DNA of 63,156 nucleotides, filler included, from Reticulomyxa filosa (taxonomy: Eukaryota > Protista > Foraminifera): NCBI GenBank assembly GCA_000512085.1. It is 18 parts of 18 records of this genome, joined end to end, with 100 filler letters (N's around TTAATTAATTAA, not from the genome) between each part and the next. Parts side by side here need not be neighbours in the genome. Positions count along the whole stretch, not along the records: positions 1 to 2,776 come from ASPP01004560.1; positions 2,877 to 5,850 come from ASPP01028435.1; positions 5,951 to 7,226 come from ASPP01000276.1; positions 7,327 to 8,449 come from ASPP01039436.1; positions 8,550 to 9,586 come from ASPP01038178.1; positions 9,687 to 17,363 come from ASPP01050533.1; 12 more parts are not named here. The stretch is one strand, 5' to 3'. The notes beneath the pieces were generated by a model that worked only from the letters and a program-made list of their open reading frames with translations, was not told the DNA's origin and did no database searches. The translations under genes and the position numbers were made by a program. Each line of letters begins with the position of its first letter. Position 1 is the first letter of the stretch. This document shows, in pieces, positions 1-12,666 of the stretch.

Positions 1-14
1 TATATTGAACTTAC

Positions 15-209
15 TGCGGTGTCCCACAATTCAAGTTGATACGTTGTGTCTTGCCACATTATACCAATAGAGTTACGATCAAGTACGGTGGGAATATATT
101 CGTCTGGAAAGTTTCCTGTTACATAAGTGATCAGAAAACAGGTTTTGCCCACTGCTCCATCACCTATTGTTACTAATTTTATGCGTCTTGTTGATTGATA
201 CTCTGTCAT
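15..209 (-). CDS. Rho/Rac-family small GTPase, exon 1 (rest outside window)
   Basis: Not in the ORF track. Manual translation gives MTEYQSTRRIKLVTIGDGAVGKTCFLITYVTGNFPDEYIPTVLDRNSIGIMWQDTTYQLELWDTA, then a GTAAGT donor. It has G1 GDGAVGKT, switch I YIPTV and G3 WDTA(G). Confidence 0.93.
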
Positions 210-1589
210 TATTTACAAAGAAGCTACTTTGATACGGAGTCCCTTTTTGATTCATTTGATTTGATTGAATGCAAGCATTAAAAGATTTGTTCTATTTTTG
301 TTTGTCTTATTTTTTTTAAATACACTCATTCTTTTCTATACTTTTTTTTTTTCTTCCGGTCGGAGATGTTTGAAGTTCCAATCAATGACACTAATGGCTC
401 GGTATTTGCATTCACATGATCAGGATCTTTGTTCGTAAGGCTTTAAATTAATTTTTATCAATTCTACTTGTGATTATATACTTTTTGAAAAGGTAATAAT
501 TTTTTCTTTTGTTGACAATTGTGCATTTTACTAGCATTTTCAATAACAAATGTAAAAAGATAAATTTTTAACACAAATTTCGTTAATAAAACTGATCAAT
601 TTTTCAACTGCAAATTTGATACAATTGATTATAAAAAGTGTTATTCATGTGCTGAAATAATATGATTATATTTCAGATTTGTGTTTATTAAGTAAAAATA
701 ATACTAATTGTTGCTCAAGCTAACGACATTTCATTTATGTATTAATTATTTTTTTTCATATTCATTATAACTGACTGTCTACAGAAAAAAGATTAAATAT
801 ATATACTGTTCATCTTTCATTAATCAAACTCCTTTTTTAAAATTTTTTACTAGTTTTGTGATAACGCCTTTTGCATGACAGAATAAAAAAAGTATATGAC
901 TATTTTCAATAAAAAAGTATGTTTGTAACAAATTACAATATCATAATCGACAGTACATTATTTCATTATACTTGTACTATTAGTGTTGAATAAAAACGAC
1001 ATGTGCAGTGGATGAACAAAATAAGATTTTTGTTTTTTGAAAGCAAATTCTTGATAACTTGAAATACCTTGCTTTTGCAAGTTTTTAATATCTTTCTTTC
1101 ATTTTGTAAGTGGATGTTAATTTAAAATTGAATACTAATCACGAAATCACTTATCATAGAACAGTTAACTTAAATAATTTTTTTTAATGAAAAGCAAGAA
1201 AAACTGCAACAAGTAAAATTTGTTTCAAAATCAATTAAAAAAAGATAATTTGCAAAAGTGTGCTTGTTTTATTGTAAGTGTAAATTGAATTATCTTTGGA
1301 GGCGGATGAATGATCTGCTTGCGACGCTTTAAAAAGCCGCTAAAGCTGTTGACTTTTTTTTGCTTATGCAACATCTTCGCATTTTTTTGTATCTTCGTCT
1401 TCTTTCCAGACAAATCTAATATTTTTGTGGAGTAGTTATGAAAATCAAGTCTTATACAATTTTGTGTTTTTTGAGTGTCAGTATTATTTTAACGAGGATT
1501 GAAAGTTACTTTGCTTTCTTCCAGATGCGTGATGCCTTACTTGTACTTGAGGAGGAAAAAAAATGTTAGTTAACATTGGTGTCATTTTC

Positions 1590-2410
1590 CTTAAGGGGAA
1601 AAAAGTAACATACTCTCCAAATCTAATCTCAAAAAAACATTTCCTGTCAATTTTGTAAGAAAGACAAAGAGAAAGGAAAATTGAAGGGCCCAATCCTTGA
1701 ACTGGAAGACCAAAGGGATCCAATTCTGGAATAACGTTTTTAAAGAATCGAAATAATACTCGTCATAAAATTCCATGTTAATTTTGAACACAAGACTATT
1801 ACCAAACATAACAAAATGAACAACAAGATAATAACAATTTTCCACTGCGATTCCTTCGACAGTATCAACCACATGCTTTTTGCATATTTCCGTGGTATGC
1901 TTTCGTGGTGTTTCTTGACTTTGTCTTGTTATTGTTATATCAGCATCATTGTCATTTCACTTTCGTCCTCGCATTCACACTCGTGTCTTTATTTGTCGTT
2001 ATCATCGTCATTGTAGTCGTTACAATTGGCTTCTTCCTCGTTGTCTTTCTCAAGCAGTGTTTTTCACCTTCTCTTTGTGCCAAAGCAGACATCGCATTTA
2101 TTCCAAACAATTGATAGTCGTATTTTCGCGTGGATATTTCATGAATGCAATTTTATTTTTTTTACCTAAATCTCGGTTCCTCCTTGTTTCCCTGGTGTAC
2201 AGACCAACCGAGGTCACAACCAATGTGTTCTCGTCGTATGTCACTCGTGTCCAAGATTGGATAGATTACACACATACATCTCATAAAAGGCAATGAAAGA
2301 GGGTGAGAGGACAACATTGACAATGAGCGAGAGCATATCGAATTTGAATAGATGAGAGTCGAGTTGTATGTTCGCCACACTCCTCTCATCGAATGGACAA
2401 TCCTACTCAC
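1590..2410 (-). pseudogene. Disrupted coding-like sequence of unknown family (acidic low-complexity segment)
   Basis: GC-richer, protein-like stretches (EKDNEEEANCNDYNDDDND) are broken by stops. No family recognised. Confidence 0.25.
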
Positions 2411-2776
2411 AATTCACATAAAATGAATAACAATGATCGATATACAAAATCGTTACCACCGTTATTAGCACTTTGCCTGTGGCGACTACTCAATCCCACA
2501 CAGAACAAGACTCTATCACTTTTCGAAGCATTGCAACGTGGAGGTCATTGTCATGTGCATATTATCACTTTGCATGTTCTTTTTATAAATTTTTTTTTTT
2601 TTTTGAGTGCATTACTTTGCAAATGATTTTTTTTGTACGTATACATATCTATTTATTTATTTATTTTGTTCACATACTGAAAAGCAATTGTGGAAAAAAA
2701 AAAAAAGAAAGGTGGAGATTGGTGACACATTCGACACGCAAAATGAAGAATATCGAGTGGTGGAGTTGTACCTCTG

Positions 2777-2876
2777 NNNNNNNNNNNNNNNNNNNNNNNN
2801 NNNNNNNNNNNNNNNNNNNNTTAATTAATTAANNNNNNNNNNNNNNNNNNNNNNNNNNNNNNNNNNNNNNNNNNNN
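2777..2876. other. Artificial contig-joining linker (first of 17)
   Basis: Identical 100-nt N44-TTAATTAATTAA-N44 spacer with stops in all six frames. Also at 5851, 7227, 8450, 9587, 17364, 19061, 23666, 26364, 35447, 36628, 44426, 48180, 57347, 58500, 59743 and 61190 (start positions). Confidence 0.98.
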
Positions 2877-3777
2877 ATCCATATCCATTGTTTGTGGGAC
2901 ATTGTCGCATTGGTTCATATATTCACAGGGATGGGCCATCGCCCCTTTGTTATGGTCAGTCGCTCTTTGTCTTTTATGTAGCTTGGGAATCCCGGCATTA
3001 CAAAATTAACAAAACAACAAAATAAAAACAAACATGAGAACAGATGTATCATTACCAATTGTAAACAATGACCAAAATCCAAACATTAAGTTGGAGTGTG
3101 TTGCATGTGTGCAAGGTTGGTGCAAGGAAAAAAATAGTTACATTACATAAATAAATAATGAAAACAATAAAACTAAACAGGAAACAAAGCATCTTGGTCA
3201 GAGATAACTTGATCTCGATGCCTTTTTTTACATTTAATTCTCTTTGCTTTTGTATTTGTATTTGTATTTGTATTCGTATTCGTATTTGCAGTCGTTTGTT
3301 GTGTTTTGTCATCGGGCAAACAACCGTGTGCAGATAACCACGATGTCGCCATTTCGCTATTTGGCACTTGTCTTTTCAATGAACTGTAAAATAAGTACCT
3401 TGAGTCTAACTATGTGAGCATGTAATACATGTTCATATTATGTATACGTATACATATACATACATATATGTATATATCATAAAGGTAATGAACAAACACG
3501 GTCTGAAATGTCTTCGCATTCTTCATCGTCTTGTGATTCTTCATATTCATATCCATCTTCATTATTATAATCATTTTCTTCCTTTTCGCTTATTTCTTCT
3601 TCTTTTTTTTCGATCTTTTGTTCGTCTTCATCTGTCTCACTCCAATCCAGTTTGTCTTCGTAGCACACGGACCTCATTTTTTCTTTCGCTTCTTTTCTTC
3701 GCTAATTTTGAATCTCTCTTTTTTGTTTCATGGACAAAATGCACATTTTCTGCATCTGAATTCGAATCAATATCCAT
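2877..3777 (-). CDS. Hypothetical acidic protein, multi-exon, 3' truncated
   Basis: ATG at 3777 (MDIDSNSDAEN), a short GT-AG intron, the exon RRKEAKEKMRSVCYEDKLDWSETDEDEQKIEKKEEE..., a (TA)n intron and an exon with an (NT)n repeat. Divergent from the RACK1-like gene. Confidence 0.5.
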
Positions 3778-4744
3778 TGGAATGTCCCCTTGTCAAAAAA
3801 AAAAAAAAAGCAACCCAAAGGGACTTCAATTTTTTCCCCTCTTAAATTAATTAAATAGTTTTGTTAAATGATTCACAATAATCGGTGCGTCCCGCTTTCA
3901 AAACAATTCTTATTACCATCAAGCTATTCAGCTAACTGAACATTAAGATTGTTAAAGAGACTCAAAACTATATCGTTCATTTGATGAATTGTTCATGGAA
4001 CATGAAACAACATGCTATTAAAATCGTGAAAAAAAGTTTGATAATATTTTTTTTTCTCATTCAATGTTTTAATTTTCATTTTCTTTTGTCGACTGACACT
4101 TTTAATAATAGTATATACATCAAAACAAGTGAAAAATCATTTGGAATTATCATAGAAGTTAGTGATTTCCTTTTTAAATAGAAAAAAAATTTATACAGTT
4201 TTCTGAAGATTTTAGATGATATAAGATCAAAAAAGTTCGCTTTTATCTTAAAATCAATGAAGTGTTGTCAAAAACATTATAACGATAAAAATTGAACAAC
4301 GTATGGCTCTTTTTAATTAGAAGAAAGCAGTTGTCAAAACTGAGTACAATTCCTACAAGTAGTTCAATATGAAAAGTTTAACAAAAACTTTTAAATAATT
4401 GCTTTGCTAATCTTGTTTAACGTATGATTTGTTTTTAACATTTTTCTCCTTTAAATCTAAATGAACTTTTTAATTCTTTTATGCTCGAAAATTGACTAAA
4501 GTAATGATCACTAGAAAAAAAAATAAAAAGAATAATTTAAAAACTACACTTGGAGAATTGTAAATCGAATATTTACTTAAAAAAAGCAACCCTCGAAGTA
4601 TATATGTCAATTAGTGGAAAGAAATGCTAATATTGTTCTTATTGTTACAGACAAACAGCCAGACTCCTTCAATATCCTTTTCAAGAAAAGCTCTTTTAAC
4701 TTTGAATTTTCAATCAGCAACCTTATTACAATCAAATTCGGGCT

Positions 4745-5850
4745 ATGGCAGAAAAAGAACAAGAAGAGACTATTGGGCATCAATATACATTGTCAGGCCA
4801 TACCAATGGGGTAACAAGTATTGCGATAGCACCGGACGACAGCAACACAATAATAACAGGAAGTCGGGACAAAACCATTGCCGTGTGGAAGCTGTCAACA
4901 GGAGACAAAAAATATGCAAAAATCAAAGGGACTGTAGTGAGAAGGTTGATCGGCCACAGCCACATTGTTACTGCCGTTGACATATCTACCGATGGTTTTC
5001 ACGCATTGTCATCCTCATGGGACGGGACGATACGGTATTTGTTTTTTTTTTTTAGAATATCCAATGTAAAGTGCTTATTATTTTTTTTTTAATGTAATCC
5101 CTTCGCATTTTTTTATGGCAACAGATTGTGGTACTTGCAAACTGGTGACTGTCGCTATGTATTCAAAGGCCATAAACAAGAGGTTTTGTCTTGTGCATTT
5201 AGTGTAGACAATCGCTACGTAGTCTCTGGTTCAATGGACAAATCGATTTGCATCTGGAACATGTTAAGTTTTCTTTTTTTTTTTCAAAAAAAAAAAAAAG
5301 ATGGAGCCATTTAAAAATATATTTGATTGGAACACTGTTAGAAAAGGAGAAATGCTAAGTTCATTGAAAGGAAATGAAAGCCACAAAGATTGGGTGAACT
5401 GTGTGCGATTTTCTCCGGATGCAAAAGAAAGATTAATTGTAAGCTGTGGCCAGGACAAGACTGTAAAGATGTGGAGCCTGAAAGACGATCGAGGCACATT
5501 GAAATATACTTTGGCTGGACATACCAATTGTGTCAATAGTGTGATCGTATCTCCTGACGGATCTTTGTGCGCCAGTGGTGGAAAAGATGGTGTCGCTATG
5601 CTATGGAACATGGATAATGGCAAGGAATTAGCTGCCATGAAAGCCGGTGGTGAAATCAATTATTTATGCTTTTCACCTACGCGATTTTGGTGTATTATTT
5701 GTATGTGTATACGTATGAGATAATGATAATAATTTTGAAACAACAAAAATTAAAAGGCTGTGTGCGGCTGTGGAATCAGAACTAATGATATGGGATTTAG
5801 AGGACAAGGAAAAAGTTGCAGAGATTAAACTTTTACAATCAGAACGAGAG
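4745..5850 (+). CDS. RACK1: RACK1-like (G-beta-like WD40) protein, 3' truncated
   Basis: Exons 4745-5034, 5125-5262, 5342-5689 and 5757-5850 splice in frame at GT-AG. RACK1 signatures: [54 protein letters not shown] and LCFSP.RFWLCAA. Confidence 0.88.
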
Positions 5851-6079
5851 NNNNNNNNNNNNNNNNNNNNNNNNNNNNNNNNNNNNNNNNNNNNTTAATT
5901 AATTAANNNNNNNNNNNNNNNNNNNNNNNNNNNNNNNNNNNNNNNNNNNNTGTTGAAACGACTTGACTTTTCGACGATTTTGAGATATATCGATATATCT
6001 ACTTGTTTTAAGTTTACTTGAAGTGATCTCGAGATAATCTTGACGATTTTTCACGATGATAATAAGATTTATTTATTTT

Positions 6080-6503
6080 TTTCCAAAATGGTTAGAATTG
6101 GAATATCCAATCAATGGTATTACGATCAATATTGACTCATTACAGAGTGATTAATGCAATATTCAACAAATGGGATGGGATTCTGACATCTATAAATTGC
6201 CAAAAGATATTGAAATCATTTAATGATTGAGATCTATTGGATCTTGTTGCAAATAATGCTCGCAGGAAAGCGTTGCAATTGCAACCAGATTTGATTGCAC
6301 AACATAGATCAGCTGCATTTCTGAATAATCATGGATTGAATCCCTATTTCAGACATTGGATATTTGAAGGAGTGTATAATCCAAGACATATTATACCACG
6401 ATATTTCTTATCTAACCTGATGGAAGCACAATCATTTGAGAAGATTGCTATGCATTCATTGACATTTAGTGAAATAATTCATTGTTGGAGACCGAGATAT
6501 TAG
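6080..6503 (+). mobile_element. Possible decayed retroelement pol C-terminal (RNase H-like) fragment
   Basis: Frame-broken sequence with DLVANNARRKA, resembling the RNase H terminal (A)D.LA..A helix. It lies next to a clear LINE fragment. Confidence 0.3.
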
Positions 6504-6844
6504 GGTCTTGGAATAAAATCCGTTGATATTATTCTGGATCTAGATTTTTTTTTAGATGGCGTGTCGGACTACTCGCTTCATCATCAACCCGCACTATTTT
6601 TTGCCCTCTCTACCTGCACAAACTCAGGTCTTTCAAGTTAAAAGAAAACAAAAAAACAAAAGAAAGAACCTCACAAACTCTTATAACAACCAAAAGGTCC
6701 ACACAAAAATAATTAAAAGAAAAACATTAAAGTTATAGATAATGAACTTCGCTGCTGCCTTGACAACCTTGGCCCAAATACTAGAACAGAATTTGCATTA
6801 CAAGCAGTCCCGTGTCTGTTTATTGCAAGAAGGATTTAGATTGT

Positions 6845-7226
6845 ATGTGTACTCGGATCATCTCCCAATCACGTTCAATATCAAAATCACGTGATCTTCA
6901 CCACGAATTGAACGATTGAGACTTGGGATCTGAGGAGCAACAAATGTGAACAATTTAGATTGAGATTGAAAAGAAACATTGACAATTGGATGCAATATAT
7001 TAATCCTATTGTATTGGGTAATACTGAGACATTGGGCAAAGCAGTTGAATTTTGGATCAAATGTGTTGTTGAAGCTAGTGAAGCGACAATTGGTATTAGG
7101 ACAATATAGAAGGGTAACAAGCCATGGGAAGTAATAGTTTAAGAAGAACCGATTTCGTAAACAAAGAACACCAAAAAATTTGATGCTAATAAACAGTATC
7201 AATTCGCTACATGAAGGCAACACAAA
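6845..7226 (+). mobile_element. Decayed non-LTR retrotransposon ORF2 fragment (end of APE endonuclease plus linker)
   Basis: YSDHLPITFNI is the APE terminal SDH motif. It is followed by W.L....F.....LGKAVEFWIKCVVEASEATIG...*KGNKPW, the typical EN-to-RT linker ending in KPW. Stops and frameshifts are present. Confidence 0.7.
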
Positions 7227-8559
7227 NNNNNNNNNNNNNNNNNNNNNNNNNNNNNNNNNNNNNNNNNNNNTTAATTAATTAANNNNNNNNNNNNNNNNNN
7301 NNNNNNNNNNNNNNNNNNNNNNNNNNCAGAACTTCAATTCACAAATCTCTGTGTCATTCTTTTGTTGTTTTAATTCAAGACCAGCCAGAGCCTTTTTTTT
7401 TCAATTTTTTTTTGTAAAGAATAAATATGATTGCGAAAAAATATTTTTCTTTTTCACAAAAAAGAAACTTAAAAAAATTTCTATATTCAAAAACTTTTGA
7501 TTTCAAAATTTTTAATGTTTCCTAAAGTGCTCTCCCCCTTCTCTCCCTTCAACGCTCTTGTGCAACAGCTGCGACTTCAAAAACTTACACTTTAGAAGTT
7601 TTGTACATGCGTTAGTTTGACGAACGCATAATTATCATACTTACATATGACAGTACCATCAAATGTTAATTATTTTGTTGAAAAGAAGACGAAAGCAGCC
7701 AAATATTCTCAAACAATATTTGAAGATAAAACTATTCAAAGTTATGATGATAATTTTTTGAGCATTTGGAAAACTCGTTATTTGTGAAACTGCACAAAAG
7801 CCTGTTCAATGTCAAGATACAATGTTATATGATATTCAATTTCATTCAAATATCAAATGACTCTTTTTTTTCCAAGAAGAAATAATCAATACTCCAAAAA
7901 AGGAATTTTCTGACAATGCTGCAATTTGTTTGTCCTTGAAAGAAAGACATTACACATGTCTATCGTGTCTGCTTAACATTTTTTGTTACTTTCTATTTAT
8001 TCGTGTTGATCAATCGTTTAATAAGCTATATCGAAGTTTAAGAAGTCACTGTGCAAAAAAATTGGATTCATTTAATTACATTATTTTTATTTTTCAATAT
8101 TAATTATCTGGGAAGTTGAAGAGAGACATAAAAGACAAAATAAGCATTTTTATGTGAAAAAATTTAATATCAGAAGCGAATTATCTGATTTCAATTTATA
8201 CAATTACTGATATCGTCTAAAAGAAAAATGTTTGAAAATTCTGGAAACGCTGTTTAGCAAGAAAAAATATAATCAAACATTCTTTTTACAAAAAAAATAT
8301 CAATGTATAGAAAGTATATATGATCTAAAAAGTGTTCATTAAAAAATCAATCAACAAAGTTAGAACAAATATTGTTCACGAAAATAAAAGGTAAAAAAAT
8401 GACAATCAATATCTTAGTGATAAAGTATCTACAAATATCTTTTTTTTTTNNNNNNNNNNNNNNNNNNNNNNNNNNNNNNNNNNNNNNNNNNNNTTAATTA
8501 ATTAANNNNNNNNNNNNNNNNNNNNNNNNNNNNNNNNNNNNNNNNNNNNAGTAGATAGT

Positions 8560-9090
8560 GAGATGAAGCGAGATAGTAGTCCAACAATTCATGGCTGGAG
8601 TTTGCTCAAAGTGCAAAAAAATATCGTGTAAGTCATGAATATGTGTAAATTGAAGCTGACGTTCAATCATAAAAACATAAAAAGTTGGTGGAAGCATAAT
8701 CGTATGTTCTTGCCTTGGGTTAGGCCTGTTTATGCATGCAACATTGATTGATGTGTCAATGCAGATATTTACAAAGAAATTTTAGGTAATGAAATGCTCA
8801 AAAAGCATTAATTGGTGTTTAGAAGATAATGAAGATTGGATATTTCGGCAAGATAACACCACCATCCGCACAGCAATTACAGCAAAAGAATAGTTTGAAT
8901 AAAATGTTATCAAAGTATTGGATTTCACTCAAATTCTCCAGACCTGAACCAAATCAAAATCTATCGTGGATATTTCAAAAATGGACCATTCAGATCAAAA
9001 GAAGAAATCTAAAAACAATTTGAATTAGAATGTGAAAAAATTGACAAAGAAACTTGCACAAACTTAACAAAATTAATGCCAGAGCGAATA
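8560..9090 (+). mobile_element. Tc1/mariner (DD34E) transposase remnant
   Basis: GGSIIV, VNADIYKEIL, WIFRQDN, SNSPDLNQI and LMPERI are present. Allowing for one frameshift, 34 codons separate the second D from the (mutated) E position. Multiple stops. Confidence 0.85.
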
Positions 9091-9769
9091 CAATTTTACT
9101 ACAAAAAAAAATTTTAGTTCTTATGTTTTGAATTAGTTTAACTTATTTGTCATTGGACAAAAAAAAAGCAAAAAAAACCAATAATAAGTAAGACAAAGCA
9201 AACAGTCAAAACCATCGTGCCTTTACAATGTACAAACTTTGAAAATAACATTAAATTCTGCAAAAAAAAATTTTTGTTAACAAAAATTGAGTTTTCTGTA
9301 TAATAAAAGGTAACTTGATTGCATTAAGTAATAATCCATTGATTGTTTCAGTCAGAACAATACTGATTTTTCAAATAGTTGAACAATCAAATACGTATCA
9401 AAAATAAACAGATGAGATATACAAAAAAAACAAGAATATTTATATGTACTAGAATATATCATTCCTTTCAGAATCTACAGCAAATTGAAAACTCTCTTCA
9501 AAAAACTTTTATGCGAAGATAATGTGTGTTGAATCAAACACAGTTTTTTTTGAAAAATTGAAAACATTTAAATATATTAAGATTATNNNNNNNNNNNNNN
9601 NNNNNNNNNNNNNNNNNNNNNNNNNNNNNNTTAATTAATTAANNNNNNNNNNNNNNNNNNNNNNNNNNNNNNNNNNNNNNNNNNNNGTGGATTTATCATC
9701 AGATCATGTACTAGAAAATTTAGTGTTAGTTCTGCATCTGTAATACTGTTGAGTACCCTTTATCATGAC

Positions 9770-10959
9770 AAAGGAATTGTAACTAAAAAGACTGGATCCA
9801 GTATGTCTGAAAAAATTACTGTAAAATTGTTATGTTGCTTGTTTCTGAAATGGCGAAACAGCAAAAGATGTAAAAAAGGAATTATATAATGATAATGAAA
9901 CTAAAGTTTCGTATGCAACAGTAACAAGAATGCTTAAAAGAAATAGTTTAATTGCTGTCACCAAGAAGAAGAAGCTAAATTTGGAAGAAAACCATATTAA
10001 TGCAAGCTTGAATTTGCCAACGAACACAAAAGTTAGACAGTAGATGATTGTAAGAAAGTCATGTTTTCAGATGAAACAAAGATTAATTTATGTCATCAAA
10101 TATACGTTGAAAAGACCAAATCAAGACTTAGGAGATCGTCGCATAATTAAAAGATCAAGGTCTGGTGGAGGCAGTATTATGGCGTATGGTGTTGGAAATG
10201 CATGCAAAATAGATAGATGCGTTAACTATGAAATTTATAAAGAAATACTAAAAGACGATAGTTAAATAGCATACGATATTGTCTAGATGATGAAAAAGAT
10301 TTGGTGGTTCCAACAAGATAATGCAACTAGTCACAAAAGCAAAGATATAATGGATTAGTTTGAAAAAAATAATAAAATTTCCACTAAATTCGCCATATCT
10401 GAATCCAATCGAAAACCTTTGGTGGATACTAAAAACAAGGTTATATAAATGAAAAAAATAAATACAAAGCAAGATCTATGTGAAAAATTATCAACAATTA
10501 TCAACAATTATGCCAAACACTAATTGAATCCATGACCAAAAGAATTCAAGCAGTAATTGATGCAAAAGGAAAACCAAAAAAATTTTTAAAAACAATACTT
10601 TAAATTTTTTACTAAAAACTAATTTCAATATTAAAATTTTAATCATTAGGCACACAAAGGGAATAAACTGGAATAAAAGAATATGATTTTTCTCAAAGAC
10701 TACGAATGATACAAGCATAATTTTTTAAAAAAAGTATATACTAGAATTTTCAAAAATCATTTGAAAGAATGGTAATTTCATCCAACAAAAAAAAAAAATA
10801 TTAAAAAACCAATATCATATTTAAAAACTGCAATATTTGTAGATATTTTTTTAAAAAATAAAAAAAAATTAGGTATAGATGTTGATTTTTCGTGGAGAAA
10901 ATCAATTATCATCATAAGATATCGTTTTAGTTGTTCAGTTTTCTTTGCAACCTACTGTA
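9770..10959 (+). mobile_element. Tc1-family element remnant: transposase pseudogene plus right terminus
   Basis: KVMFSDETKINL, GGGSIMAYG, FQQDNATSHKSK, NSPYLNPIENLW and SMTKRIQAVIDAKG. It ends ...TTTGCAACCTACTG|TA (reverse complement TA-CAGTAG, a Tc1-type TIR start with a TA target site). Confidence 0.9.
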
Positions 10960-11298
10960 ACTATTGTATTATTTTTTTTTTACTGTTAGGTTTTGTAAAG
11001 CGTGCAACGAAAAAAACCAAAAAGTATATGCTTAGATACTATGAGGTGTAAATATCAGTTAAAGGTATGTCTTTTTTGAAATGAAGCTGAATTTAAAAAA
11101 AACACGACATGAGTAATAAGATAAAATAAAACCAAGAACGCTAAATCGTTGACTAAGTGGATAAAATTGTAAACCATATCGAATAAAGGTATGAAAACGA
11201 GGCAACTATGGAGTGCACAACTGAACAAGGTTTCAACTTTGCGTTTTGGAAAAATTAGAAAAAGCATAATGAAATGAATTTCAATTGATGTATTTCAT

Positions 11299-11662
11299 TT
11301 ATTTGAGCTTATTCTGTAACAATGTACTTTCTCTACGCTTTATTTGCCATTCAAGTTCTTCCAAGGTTTCTTCATGCTTAGATAGTTCCATATACTGTTC
11401 CTTGGTTTTGGGAAATGGATTTTTGTAGATACCTCTGTGAATTTTCATTGGCATATGAACTTCACCACAAACCAGGCAAAGGGGAAAAAAAACTGAACGG
11501 ATTTTGCGTCGCTTGTTCTTTTCGTGGCCCAGATTGACGAGCCGTCTCAGACTGTGAGAACCTGAAAGCAGAAAAGCCCATGAAAGTCACACCAGATATT
11601 AAAACCCCTGCAGCGATTAGATCTGTTTTTCTTGCTGCGAATAATAACATCTTCCACGACAT
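11299..11662 (-). CDS. Small (99 aa) single-TM protein
   Basis: Exons 11662-11499 and 11434-11299 with a 64-nt GT-AG intron give an intact 300-nt CDS: MSWKMLLFAARKTDLIAAGVLISGVTFMGFSAFRFSQSETARQSGPRKEQATQNPGIYKNPFPKTKEQYMELSKHEETLEELEWQIKRRESTLLQNKLK. Confidence 0.7.
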
Positions 11663-12349
11663 CTGTGCGAAAGTGTAATGAATCCTTTGGTTCACAAAAA
11701 AAAGTTAATTTCCCCTGCAAGGCTCTAAAAACACGATTCATACAATGACAATTTTGACCGATCAGTGAACAATTTATTTACTTTTGGTACTGTGCATATA
11801 CGAGAGAAAATACAGTGTGCAAAGTATTATATTTGCAGCGTTACGACAGACCACACAAATTACAGTATATGCCGACATTCCGCTACGTTGCAAAAATTTG
11901 GAGCTTTTTCGTCTGCAGCTTATGATTCAGTCAATTAAATATTGTGTGATTGTAACCACTACATTTGCACGGGCGCCCTTGCAATATTATGATAAAAACA
12001 TAAACATATAATACAATAAATAATACACACTTATGACATCTTTGTTGCTTTTAAACTTACAATTACTAACGCAAAAAAACAAGAAAAAAAACTAAACGCA
12101 AAAATAATACCAAAAAAATTAAATTTCATAAAATAAACTACCAAAAATTTTAAAAAACACAAAAAAAACCCCAAATTTACAAAAAAAATCAATAAGCAAA
12201 ATTACAGTATCTACATGATCTGAAGATTCCTAAAAAAGAAACAAAAAGATTTTAAAATTTCATCTTGGCAATGCACGTTTGGTTTATATGCATTTATCAA
12301 AATTTTGAAAAATAATATGAAAAAACATTAATTTTAACCAACCTAGAAA

Positions 12350-12505
12350 AAGGTTATAAAACCAATTTTATATTTAAAACTAAAAAATTTGCAGATATTT
12401 TTTAAAATGAAAAAAATAGGTTTAAATGTTTATTTTTCATTGAGAAAATCGATTCTCTTCATAAGGGTGCCATTTAGGTATGCCAGTTTTTTTTGCAATC
12501 TACTG
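12350..12505 (+). mobile_element. Solo Tc1 terminal segment
   Basis: Aligns by eye with 10800-10957 (GAGAAAATC.ATT.TC..CATAAG...TTTAG...CAGTTTT.TTTGCAA.CTACTG). Confidence 0.75.
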
Positions 12506-12666
12506 TGTGAAGTAACGTGTAGTATGGAGATGAAGGCTACAAAATTGAAATTTTGAGTTTAAAAAGACAGTTAAAAAAAAGTGTTTGTAAGTACGCACAA
12601 AAGGTACCAAGGGCCTGAAGAGCACAGTTTTTGTTGGTATTTTTTGTCAAGAAGACTTGTCTCAAA

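Noticed and set aside
8560-10580. Stop-codon reassignment suggested by TAG/TGA at Trp positions
   Set aside because: Seen only in frameshifted remnants. Intact genes use TGG for Trp and end in ordinary stop codons.
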